In this document: one piece after another, positions 12,846 to 24,505 of the stretch
How positions within the stretch are numbered: the stretch's first letter is position 1
How the letters are laid out: each line of letters starts with the position of its first letter
Origin: Blastocystis sp. subtype 4
Lineage: Eukaryota
Direction: 5' to 3'
Length of the DNA stretch: 54,865 bases
NCBI RefSeq assembly: GCF_000743755.1
Contig: NW_014569513.1
Coordinates: 1-54,865 of the forward strand
The notes under the pieces: model-generated
The model's input: the letters and a program-made list of their open reading frames with translations, nothing else
Database searches by the model: none
What the model was told of the DNA's origin: nothing
Program-made: the position numbers and the translations under genes

Positions 12846-14892
12846 ATGGACTTGAATGAACCTAGGAGTAAGATAGTGAATACAAGTAGCATGTAGTCAA
12901 TGAAAATATAGTAGTTTTTAGTACAGAAGAAGCAACCCCAGAAGATCTTCATAACAAAGATGACGATCGTCTTCAAACAAGTTTAAGTAATCTTCTTCAG
13001 TCGTCTTGGTCTGGCGCTGGAGCGGAGCACTTACAGAATAGTTTGAATGAATACAATCGATGTAGGTTCCTATATGTGTGTTTTCTGTAGCTTTGGGTGG
13101 CATTCCTCTAGATAGGATTTTGGGAGATACACACAGTGGACAAGAAGCAAGTGATAATCTAGTGGATCTTGGAAATGTTCGTTTCTTGGAGGTTTGTGAT
13201 TCTAGGTGAATGAGAATCCTGCTATCGCCTTTAGTAGTTTTGGTGACGATCCAATTGCAATTCAGCCAGATCCTTTACTGGGCTTCTCGTTGATGGAATC
13301 TACGGGCTTGGATGGAACAGCAAGTCAAGGAGTCGAATTGACAAATTCACTAATATTGTATTTCATTCCATCTGTTTTGATCCTTAGATCACGTCCTTTT
13401 CCTAAACGGGAGAATTCGACTCTTCCAAGCGAAGATATTTGGTCTGGGAAGGAATTGGATATACGCAGTTCCGTTCGTTCCATTTTCTCTTATCACATTT
13501 AGACGTCCTCTCAGCGTTACAATCTCACTTCCGAAGCTTCATTGCGCATACCCAACTTCTGTTACCAAGACTCGTTGAATCTTGGAATGGAGACGGGAAG
13601 TAATCAGAACTCCCTTCTCCTCCCATCCCAGCCTTCTTACTCCTTCTCTCCAGTTCCATCTGTTTACTTACCTCAGGTGCGAACAACTCTTCCTTCATTA
13701 AGCGCAATTCCTTCTCTAGAAATCCAGATTCCAGATATTCCCGTGGAAACTTCACTACCGCAACAGCCTATCAGTTTTGTGTCTGGTCCACAGAAGGAGC
13801 AAACACAAAGGCTTTCTTATCCTATCCCTCCGCAGCCTCCTTCGTTAAAGCCTCAACGTTCGTATTTGGCTCCATCCTCACCACCTTCCATGAATTCACC
13901 CCCCATGCTCGCTGTACCCCTAATGAATTCACCTCCATCTTTGAATTCACTTGCTATGTACCCTGTACCTCATTCACCTTCGTCTGCGAATTCACCCCCC
14001 ATGTACGCTGTACCCCTACCTCACTCGCCTCCATCTGAACACATTTCTGTCCACGATCGACCATCATTCTCTCCTTCTTCGTATGCACTTTCTTCCTCCA
14101 TTGGTGTCAGTGTGGCGTCGTCAAGCTTTGCGTCTGTGCCTGATTCTCCAAACTCATCAGATTCTGTAGTGGTGGTCGTGGTGTATGATTCTAGAGACGC
14201 AATCGAGGCATTGATAGGAAGAAGAAGGAGATATTGACAGGTGAAGTACATGGACGCATCGTTCAAAGTGTCATGTAAGCATTCAGACATTCTCATGATT
14301 TCAGTCCTCTAATGAAAACACCCAAACCAAGCCGTAAATGGACTCCAGAAGAAGACGAGGCACTTCGTAAAGCTGTAGCTATTGTGGGAGAGAGTAATTG
14401 GGTGGAAGTAAGCAAATGTACAGGAATCCTTGATAATCAATGATCACTAGATGTTCCAAGCCGTGATAACACACAATGCATGCAACGTTATCAGAAGGTA
14501 TTGAAGGCCGGAATTCGGAAGGGAAATTGGAGTAAGGAAGAAGACCAGATTTTGCTAGACTGTGTTCGACAATTTGGTGATAATGATTGGGATACAGTTG
14601 CAAAGTATATTCCTGGTAGGATCAATAGCAAATGTCGAGAGCGTTATATGAATTATATCGGTCCGAATGTCAGAAAAGGGTCGATTTATGGAGTGAGAGA
14701 TAATGGATAGGAATTGGAGTAAGGAAGAAGATGAGACAATTTTGCAATTACAGAGGCAATGGGGCAACAAGTGGGCTGCTATCGCTAAGGTGGAGATGGT
14801 GATTGATTGTGATGTATAGACCTTACAGAACCGAACTCCAAATGATGTTAAGAGTCGCTACAAGAGTTTGAGTAAGCAGAAAGGGAATGCTT
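12846..14892 (+). CDS. Myb transcription factor with three C-terminal Myb repeats and long Pro/Ser-rich N-terminus
   Basis: Repeats KWTPEEDEALRKAV, KGNWSKEEDQILLDCV...CRERYMNYIGP and NWSKEEDETILQLQRQWGNKWAAIAK...NRTPNDVKSRY. The upstream exons join in frame through ~30-nt introns. Confidence 0.8.
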
Positions 14893-14896
14893 ATTC

Positions 14897-14904
14897 TGTT
14901 TGTT
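14897..14904 (+). terminator. TGTTTGTT 3'-end/polyadenylation motif of the Myb gene
   Basis: Exact motif; T14892 at codon position 1 lies 5 nt upstream. Confidence 0.8.
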
Positions 14905-14918
14905 GAACAAAAACAAAA

Positions 14919-16247
14919 TCACTCAAATTTATAACCAACTTGGATCAAATCTCTAATCCACTCTTGTACAAATTCCACATCCTTCAATTCAACGATACCA
15001 CGTTCATACATCTCAATATACATGTCTTCCATCATTCCAGGAATGTCTGTACGCTCTGGTTTCCATTCATTCAAGAACTTCAATAAGGCTTCTGCTTGCG
15101 TGTATAATGGCATCTCTGCATCGAAATCCTTGATAAGACGATGTTGATTTCGGATATGATTCACAATTGCCGGACAGAATGCCATTAGCTTCTCGCGTTC
15201 CCACATCACCTTTTGTGTGAAGTACGATCTCCAGATATCAGATACACGCCCATGTACTGTCATTGGTAACAACATACCCCAGAAAGAGTTATATTCAAAT
15301 AGAGTCGATTGGGCATTCCAAGGAGAGAACGACTTTTTGTTCAGAATCACACAATAGTTTATTGACTCATCAAATGTAGGAGGAATTGTGGATGTGATTC
15401 GGAAGATGGCATCGAGATCAGGATTCACATTCTGAAGGTACTGGATTACACCAATTTTATTCACTTTGGAATCAGGACTATCAACAGGTTCATCAATGAA
15501 GGTGTAATTGTGAGGCATCTTGATTGCATCAAGAGGATAACCACGAGGCCAAATATACTCACCTTTCTGGTTGAGATAAATCATGTATGGATTTGTTACA
15601 TACTGAGTTGTGTTAATGAACTTGAAGGTCTTCTTTTCCTTCTTGTATACTTGCTGAAGAATATCCTTTGTTGAAATCAGCTCGTTGTCGTCATCTAAAT
15701 CGAATATCTGCTTGGCACCATGTTCCATGGCATAAAGGAAACCAATGTTCTTACGGGCAAAATGATTCCAAGGAACCATGTCCATAATGTGGTAATGAAG
15801 CTTCATCTGGTCTTCTACTGTCAAGTAAACGACATGCTTTCGATTCACATGATACTCAGTAGGTGACTTCTTATCTGCTACAACAACCAAACAAAGATTT
15901 TCTTTCGAATCAGCAAGCTGCTTTACCACAACAGTAGGAGCATTAACAGAAGTCACAACCACCCAATTATCACACATCATTCCTTCCACCTTAGAAGGTG
16001 TTACAGCTTTCAACTCACTTTTTGGCAACTTTGGACCGGTATACGTACGCTTCTTATCCATAACAAATAAACTGCCTGTAACTGCATCTAACATTTGATT
16101 CACACTGCAAATAGATCTGTCTCGAATCATTGCTAAAAAGGAAGGACCTGACTCCTGCTTGATTGACTGTTCGGAGGTAAGAAAACATGCAGTTGTAATC
16201 ACACTGATTAATATAGTCACAAATATGAGAAGGCTTTTGAACTGCAT
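14919..16247 (-). CDS. STELLO-like / DUF288 putative glycosyltransferase with N-terminal membrane anchor
   Basis: Intronless 442-aa ORF with WVVVTSVNAPT, ARKNIGFLYAMEHGA..IFDLDDDN, WPRGYPL and GRVSDIWRSY motifs, plus a hydrophobic N-terminus. Confidence 0.8.
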   Translation of the reverse strand: MQFKSLLIFVTILISVITTACFLTSEQSIKQESGPSFLAMIRDRSICSVNQMLDAVTGSLFVMDKKRTYTGPKLPKSELKAVTPSKVEGMMCDNWVVVTSVNAPTVVVKQLADSKENLCLVVVADKKSPTEYHVNRKHVVYLTVEDQMKLHYHIMDMVPWNHFARKNIGFLYAMEHGAKQIFDLDDDNELISTKDILQQVYKKEKKTFKFINTTQYVTNPYMIYLNQKGEYIWPRGYPLDAIKMPHNYTFIDEPVDSPDSKVNKIGVIQYLQNVNPDLDAIFRITSTIPPTFDESINYCVILNKKSFSPWNAQSTLFEYNSFWGMLLPMTVHGRVSDIWRSYFTQKVMWEREKLMAFCPAIVNHIRNQHRLIKDFDAEMPLYTQAEALLKFLNEWKPERTDIPGMMEDMYIEMYERGIVELKDVEFVQEWIRDLIQVGYKFE

Positions 16248-16367
16248 TGGACCACGAAATGTATATCAGTTCGCATTGCCCCTTGTCGTGGGGAAACAAA
16301 GAATCCATTCTGACGTTTGTCACGGGAATTGAATACATTTGGCAACGACCATTCTTGAACAAACAGT

Positions 16368-17313
16368 CTAAGAGACCATATCTAGTTCACAAGGCATCAG
16401 AGGACGTGTCATGCCAACTGGCTTTTCCTTTATGATCACCGAATCTCGATAAGCTGGACTATTCTTGAGTTCCTCCCAATAGCATTACTTTTCTACAAAG
16501 TTTTCTTTCCATGTTGTTTTCTCGATTTGTAACTTGTAGAAAGTGATTCCTTGATTCGCATACGTAGCTCGGATAACGCGTCCAACATTGTGCATATTTT
16601 TGCAATAAACCTGTTCATCAAATTGACGATTAATTCACACGATTCCACTGCGATGATGCAAAGCATCCCAATGACGTTCTTTTAAAACTTGTGGGTTTGT
16701 CAATAGTTTTCCACCTGCATATCTACATGTCATTTTCAAGCCACTTCCAAACAGGAATTCATCATCGTGGACTAACAACTCAAAACACTTGATGCAACGC
16801 AATCCAGAATGTTGTTTCTTCGGCTGCTGGACATTCATGGACTTGGGTGTGGACTGTTCTGCCTGACTCCGAACCATCCCACTTCGTTCAATCAACTCAT
16901 CTGCCCGACTGATTGGTTGTATCAATTCACTGAAATCCCGAATGCCTTCCAGAAGATCAACAACATCCATGTGAAATTCATTCTTTGACTTTTGTAATTC
17001 TCTATGAATTCGTTCATAACACTAGATTGAAGAGCCATCCTTTCTCTACCTTTTCGCAATATACTTTCTTGCAATTATCACATCGATATCGAATATCCCT
17101 TGAATCACATTCGCAACATTCTGTTTCATTGATTGTTATTGTATCTTTCCTTTGTTCAATTTCTTTCTTTTCCATCTCACCATCCTTAGCATTATCCATT
17201 TCGGAATCGTCCACCAGCTTTTGATGACTAATTGCAATCAACCGTCGTTGCTGTCGTTTTCTTTCCTTCTTTTTATTTTTCCTCTTCTCTTCCCTCGAAA
17301 GAGGCAGGTCCAT
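16368..17313 (-). CDS. Zinc-binding protein (CxxC pairs; C-terminal Yippee/Mis18/RLR-CTD-like domain)
   Basis: Basic N-terminus, CCECDSRDIRYRCDNCKKVYC, then LRCIKCFELLVHDDEFL...IVYCKNMHNVG after splicing. Family assignment is tentative. Confidence 0.5.
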
Positions 17314-17335
17314 GATCAAGTTGAACAAACAAATG

Positions 17336-18415
17336 ACAAATGACCATATACTGCATTCCTCATTTCATCCAAAGAGAGAAACGGTCTCATATCACGCTCA
17401 GAGAGAAGAGAGCTTCCAGCTACAAAGTAGTAAAACTTCTCATACATGTGATGCTTCATCTAATGTCCATTCTGTCATCATAACATACTTCTTCCTGCTG
17501 ATAGACGTCAAAATGTTGATAATAGCCGTGTAAGTACAATCGATACAGTCGACGCAGAATAAACGACATTTCGTGCTGAACTTCGCTAGAAGGATTGGAA
17601 TTCCTATTTCTCATCTCTCACCAATACTTTTCACGATGCGAAGCAGGAATGAAGATTAACAAGTCGGAGGGTATTTAGATTGATATTGTGGTAATTGTAG
17701 TCAATAGCGCAACATTTCATCGTTTTTGGATGACATGAACAGAGATACTCAATATCTGCCGTTGCATTCATGTGACAACAAGTCTCTCGACACTTGCTAA
17801 GAGCAAGGACTGACAAAATATGCTGACAATCACGAATGATGTCTCTAGAAGTGATAGACTTTTCTCATAACCACTTCATGATGCAATAGTACCACCGATA
17901 CTCCGGAATTCCTTCAGGAATGTTTAGGAAATTGGTCATGTTGAAATCGTGAGTTAGTCCATATTGTTCAGCTTTTCGTGAGGTTAGAATCTCATCACAA
18001 TGACTGTCGAGATCCTTGATCGCTGAAAGTGTGGGATTCGCTACTATAAATACAGGAAAGGCCTCTTTCTTTGTACCTAGATATCATCTTCTCGGAGATG
18101 AACTACCAGGAAGAAGACGACATTTCTTTGAATCCACTATATCTTTACTATCTTTTAAAATATTCTATGCTTCTAAGGTGTGAATAACAAGATTACATAA
18201 TCAATTTCTGAGGAATCCTCAAGAAGGTGTAGTTCTGGGAAACCATCATATCTGCATCGTTACACATCAATACCAACATATACCCAATAGCTCCTCTGAT
18301 TTGCTGTGCATAAGACTTCTTCTCACTCCGATTTGTTGATACAAGATACTGAATCAACACACGAGATAACTATGTGTCAGAGTACGAATAGATAGCACAC
18401 AAGTGATGAGTCCAT
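17336..18415 (-). CDS. Hypothetical multi-exon protein
   Basis: Open exons separated by ~30-nt GT-AG introns. Last exon ...SLDEMRNAVYGHL ends at a T exactly 5 nt before TGTTTGTT. Start is uncertain. Confidence 0.45.
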
Positions 18416-18468
18416 TCGTAGGATTAGAGTTAGGCAACTATCCGCAATGGCGTAATTCCAGCTTTTCC

Positions 18469-19206
18469 ATGAATCCTGCAGTCTTAGGTGATTTTTTAGA
18501 TCTTTGTAACAATCTCAAAGTTATGATTCTATTTTGGATTGATAATAGAAAACAAAGCGAACTGGATGGGTGTATCGTAATGTGGAAGACCCAGAATCGA
18601 TTGCTGATCATTCGTGGAGAGTTGTATATGCTTATGTCAACTGTTTATGCAATAGGCTATGATGGCATTCTTTATTGAGGATCCCTTCGTTGACAAGGTC
18701 CAGTAATTATATTTTGCATCATTCATCATAGTTGCATGAAGATGGGTTTGATTCATGACTTGGGAGAGTCGATTGTGGGTGACATTACTCCTGTGGATGA
18801 TGTAACAGAAGAAGAGAAGCATGAACGGGAACGTGTATGTAATTTTATATCGATTGGTTACCTCTAGAATGCCTTTTTGCAAATTACTGCTGATTTCCCC
18901 AAGGCTCTAGCTGATGAATTTCTAAGTCTGTGGGAAGAATATGAGGCACAGGAGACAATTGCGTCGCATTATGTGTTTGACTTTGACAAATTGGATATGT
19001 TAATTCAAGCAAATCAATATGAAATCGGTATATATGGATCAATATTATGACACCTAGATCAAGGAAGAGATTTGCAGGAGTTCTTTGATTCGACAGTCCA
19101 TCGCTTCAAAACTCCATACGGACTTTCTGTAGGTTATTGAATTTGGATTATGAGAAGTAGCAGATCAAGTTACTAACAGAGAAGAGAAATGAGCGACGAA
19201 GGCAAT
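18469..19206 (+). CDS. HDDC2: HD-domain 5'-deoxynucleotidase HDDC2/YfbR-like
   Basis: LKKTKRTGW, ESIADHSWRV, IHDLGESIVGDITP, LWEEYE, DFDKLDMLIQANQYE, LQEFFDST. Confidence 0.88.
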
Positions 19207-19243
19207 ATCGTGTTTGAAACAAACACAATCCAAATAAAACGAC

Positions 19244-20534
19244 TTATGTAACCTTTCGAGAGATATTCTTATATCCACTTCCCACACAACTAATTAGTAC
19301 ACCTTCATTCTCTCCTTCATTCCGCAATTTGAATACGATTCCGATCATTTCCTTTAGCAACCTCAATAACTACAAATCACAACACATCTTCATTATCACT
19401 TTTACACTCGTTGTCGTTAGTGGACCTGTCCGAATCTTTGATACGTCTTCTGGAGAGAATGCCATAAGCAAAATTGCCAAGGGTTGGTGAATGCTGTCAA
19501 TACAGCCACCTCGCGCAATTTCTTCTAACAGCAATTCCGAGCACGCCATTCCGAGATCTTCAGGTAATTGCCCTTCGATTCCCATCATCTCTGCGGCATA
19601 GTTGTAATGTTCCGTTGTTTCCGCTAACAGAGTTACTCCATAACCAGGAGAACGACCACTTTCTTCTCCAGTATAGTGATCCGTAAAGATATGACTATGA
19701 GTGAACCAGGATTGATGTGCCTACACATCGGGAATGAATTTATTGAACAACCCTCGCGAACTGTCAATGATTCGGTTCCCATAGAGTGGAGATACCCGCA
19801 TAGTGTATGCGACTCCTCGGACACGTTTTACCACTCCACTTTCTATTAGTTCTACTGGTTCCAATTCACGAGCATTCTGACAGTTGAAAATCACTTCACC
19901 TCCTCCCTAGAGTTAAACGATAGTGAAAGAATTACCAAAGGCTCTACGCCTCGTTTCTTGATTTGTAACGAGCACCCTTCCGATAAGCCCCATTTCGAGA
20001 GTAGTGGAAGAGTCACAATTCGGATAATATCCACGCTAATGTCAATTGTGTTGTTTGTAATTCCCTAATCATGATTCAAGCTAATCAAAAATACAGTGAA
20101 AACAATCCGAGAAGGAGTCTTCCCAAAGATGGCCAAAGGAAGAATTCCCATTATATAATAGCCAATTCCTCTTTCTGTACCGCAGGCAAACTGATAATTT
20201 CCTCCGTTAATAAAACCTAGTTCCCTAAACCAAATAATCAAATTACCTACCTGGTTTATAAAGTAAACGTGTTCCTGTTTCATTAATATCAATTTCACAG
20301 CCAGTGGACAGATGATTGACCAATTTGAGATAGTTGACCTCGTAATCTACAATTCTCAGTTATTTTCCGTTCTTTTACCTTTTAAACCAGGATTTTCATC
20401 ATCTTCACGAATATTTGTGATTACAACTGGTTTTCGAGTTAGGGTCGCCACAATGATTCGATATCTCAATTGTTCAGCTACAAAATTAGTCTTCTTGAAG
20501 CATCCTTACATCCCTGAAACGTTATATATTTCAT
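19244..20534 (-). CDS. RCL1: RNA 3'-terminal phosphate cyclase-like protein Rcl1
   Basis: QLRYRIIVATLTRKPVVITNIREDDENPGL, KKRGVEPL..GGGEV, PEDLG...LLLEEIARGGCIDS.HQPL, CVGSGYKNISRKVT C-terminus. Confidence 0.9.
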
Positions 20535-20635
20535 TTTACTGGACGTATGTTGTTTCTTATACTTATGAATTCCCGTGAAATCAAATTCAAGGAATTCCCC
20601 GTGAGTTTTTATTCAGAATATTGTAAACAAACACT

Positions 20636-22276
20636 TCACCAGCTTGAAAAATCCCCAAATCCTCCCACTTTTGGTTTCTTGACAACAGGACCATTCTCCT
20701 CATGTGCAGCAGTCTGTCTCTCCAATTCTTCCAGAATTCTTTTCCTCTTTTCTTCATCCAATTCCTTCTTATCCAACGGCCGCTTTGGGGTCTCTTCCTT
20801 CTCCGCAGCCTCCTTTTGCTTCTCAAGCTCTAGTTCTCTTTTCAGCAGTTCATCCAGCTCATCAAAGGGGTTCACCAACACGATTGTTTTTGCTATCATG
20901 ATGGGCTTCACTGGTTTGTCTTGACTGTCCGTCTTGACGAGCTCCATCTCTTGAAGCACATTCAAACCTCCAACAACTCGTCCAAACACAGAATGTACAT
21001 TATCGAGATGAGAGGCTGATTTGAAGGTAATGAAGAACTGAGAGTTATTGGTATTGGGACCACTGTTTGCCATACTCACAACACCCATTCCTTTGTGTGT
21101 TAACGAAGGATGGAATTCATCGTTAAAAGGATGGCCAAAAAATGATGTTCCACCTGTTCCAGTACCTTGAGAATAAATAAATTCGAGAATTCCTTACCAG
21201 TAGGATCACCTCCCTGAATCATGAAATTCTTGATAAGACGATGGAACATACAGCCGTTGTATTTACCAGATGCACATAATCCTAGGAAATTCTCGGATGT
21301 CATTGGAACCAAATCACAGTGAATCTCCAGATTGAGTGTTCCCATATTCGTAACCAGCTGAACATATCCCTTCTTCTTCATTCGACGCATTCGATCGTAT
21401 CGACGTGTTTCAATTTCCTTGTCAGAAGCATATTCATACTTCGCATTCATCTTCAGATCACAAATAGTATCAGCAACATACTGTAATTGCTGTAGAGGTC
21501 AATGAAGAAGCGTACGAAGAGGAGATATTCAGAGAACGAGGCCGATTCTGAGCATCCTGAAGTCGTTGAGCTTCATCCTGCTTCTTCTTTTCCTCTGCTT
21601 TCTTTTTGATCTACAATTACTAGTACTACGAAAATTCAAACATTATCAACGATCTTTTGTAAACCGGAACTGATCTTTACATTAGCAGTCCGGGAACGAC
21701 TTCGCTCTTCTTCATCTTTGATTACTGCGTAAAATTTGGAAACATTTCGGAGTTCTGGTTGCGACGGATCTTGAAGAATGATAATGTCATCCTTTGTAAA
21801 AGGTTCACCAGAAATAAGATCTGTCCAGTTCTTTTGGGAAATATTCAGGTCTTTGATACAGTCATAAAGATACACATTTCCTGAAGTTCGAATCACCGCA
21901 ATTTTCGAGTACTGCGTAAACACCTTATATGTTACAGGACAATGGATTTCGCCCTCTGCATTCTTATAGAAATGAACGGGAAACAAGTCTTTCAGCATGA
22001 GCTTCTTCCCAGTACATGGATTGAGGTGGTTCTCTTTAATATACTTATAAATATTCTTCTTCTCAAAGAGATAACCCTCTTTTGTCATCACTCCATCCAC
22101 AACAGGTTGGAATGATATGCAACAGCAATTAAAGGGCAGAATCTGCTTCTCTTCTCTACGAATTAAGCTTCTCTCATCATCCCTGACTCGCCTGCTTGCT
22201 TCTTTCCTGCAAACTGATTTCTCCGTTCTGATTGAGTGATAAACAGACGGTCTTTGGAATGCTGTTTCTTGCCCAT
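20636..22276 (-). CDS. PPIL2: U-box/RING cyclophilin PPIL2 (Cyp60)
   Basis: [69 protein letters not shown], terminal FGDFSSW. Confidence 0.93.
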
Positions 22277-22393
22277 ATGTAATGAAGAAACGAATTCCCA
22301 AAAGAATTGAAAGAATCGCGGGAATATCGAATGAACTTGTGTCATCACAAATCTTGTGGATGATAAAGATGTTACCAGATTTTAATTATTCCA

Positions 22394-24478
22394 ATGGACA
22401 GCAACATTTGTTTAAAGGATATACTTGATGCTATGATGGAAGATGGTCATCACTATTACAGTACCAACATTACGACCACAAATCCTGTGGATGGAGTCTT
22501 CTATCTGAGTCAAAATTGCATTATGCATTTATATGATGGCTTCGCTATTGTTGCAGATCTGTTTTCACTCTGTTTCCTTGGGTTCTACCGACTAGACTCT
22601 TCCCTAGTCTTGCATTTCGTTCCAACACCTATGGCCTCGTTTGGTATTATTGATCTTACTGCTGATGGCGATCGGTGGGAAGGAGATGTTGTTGATAATA
22701 TTCCTTGTGGTTGGGGAGAACTCTATGATTCCGATAACAACCTTGCCTATCGTGGTTTTGTATACAACAATCAGAAGGTATGTTATGGAACTACATTCTA
22801 TCCAACCACTTCAGCGCAAATCCCTTCCTATTCTGGAGGGTTCTTCAACAATGTTCCTCAAGGTGAAGGTGTGTTGATTGATCGAAATGGTGAAAGTCTG
22901 TATATAGGAGAGTTCCTTCGGGGCAGGCCAGTGACTGATAGCGAACTCATCATCCCTCGAAGGACTTCCGATTGGTCGTTGCTCCACTCTTGCATTCGAG
23001 AGTTGATCGTAAGTGATCATTCGTTCACCTCACTGTCTTCCTTCTCTCTTCAATACCTCTTCTCTCTCGAGAAGTTCGTTGTTGGGAATTTCAGTTTTAC
23101 AGGAACCGAGTCCTTCTCCATTTTCTCTCTCCAGCACTTACCAAAACTCCAAGAAATTGAATTGGGATTCCGTTCCTTCTCACATACTTCATCATTCTCC
23201 TTGTCCGATCTCCCTTCACTTCAATCTCTCGTTCTTCATGGGACTAATTTCTACCACACACAGCAGTGTACCATTCAAGATTTAGCTTCGTTAAAGACGA
23301 TTGAAGTTGGATATGAATCATTCTTCTTCGTTCATTTGATAGAGCTTAAAAGTATGATTGATTACAATCTCTCATTCATTAGATCTTTCTTCTCTTTTCT
23401 CTATTCATCTTCACGAGAGTGCATTTAATGGTGATTCATCTAATTCAAATAATACTCTATATATGGAAAGTCAGAAATAGTCACTATTTCTGATATCTAG
23501 ATCTTCCTTCCTTACATACTTTACATCTCGACAACAGTGGTTTAAAATACATATCACATGTGGTACTTACAAATGTTCCAGCCTGTGATGATCTCAGTCT
23601 TACGGAGGAAAGTCTGAGTTATGTGGAGTCTCTTACTGCGACTAGTTGGCATGAATGCAAGGTCTGATTGATAGATGCAGATTCATTGCGTCTTGCTTTG
23701 ACTCAGTGTATTCGGCCATCATTCGCTCATACGTTTGTCTCTTCATTGCCTTCTCTTCTTTCAGATGTGATTACAATGCTCTCTCTTCCTTCCAATTCTT
23801 TCAATCATCCCTCTTTCACTTCCTTCTCGCTCTCCTCTCTATCTCACATCAAATACTTCTCGGTCGGTGCGAATTCATTCTCTCACGTCTCTTCATGGGA
23901 GTTATCAGATCTCCCTTCTCTCCGTCAACTCATCGTTAGCAGTCGTGTCTGTGCAGAGGAGGAGGGTCGGTTCGCTGTAACTAACTGTGATACTCTTGCT
24001 TCCATCCACATTGAAGACGAGTCATTCACCTTATTCTCTGAATGTACTCTTCAGAATCTGCCTATGCTTCAGGAACTCTCTATCGGAGCTGATGATACTA
24101 GAGAGGCCTGCTTTGCTAGAGTTGAGAAGGTAGTCTTGGATAGTCTGCCCTCGTTACACACCCTTCAAATCTATTGCAATGCCTTCCCAAATGCTCGTAA
24201 ATACAGACTTCATAGTACGTGTGTGTGAGTTGAATGAGTCATTAGATCTCCCATCTCTAGAGACTGTGCTACTACGGCCAACAGAGAGTGGAGAGTATGA
24301 AGAAGCATCATGTTTGTGTCTACGGAGTAAGTGTGAATAAGTCAAATAATCATCAGATCTCCCTTCCATACGTGCATTCTCAACGTCACTAATCTTCCAA
24401 TGGGTTGCATTTGAGTCAATACGACGTGATATTATGAATGATGTTAGTCATTGTGCTGAGAATCTATGGCCCATGTAA
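22394..24478 (+). CDS. MORN-like repeat plus leucine-rich repeat (BspA/LRR_5-like) protein of an expanded family
   Basis: GDRWEGDVVDNIPCGWGELYD...YRGF MORN-like repeats followed by many LSDLPSL..L..G..SF repeats. Several short introns. Confidence 0.7.
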
Positions 24479-24505
24479 CATGGTGTGTTTCTTTCAACAA
24501 ACTGA

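Noticed and set aside
12918..13103. 61-aa minus-strand ORF MPPKATENTH
   Set aside because: Overlaps plus-strand exons that splice cleanly into the Myb gene.
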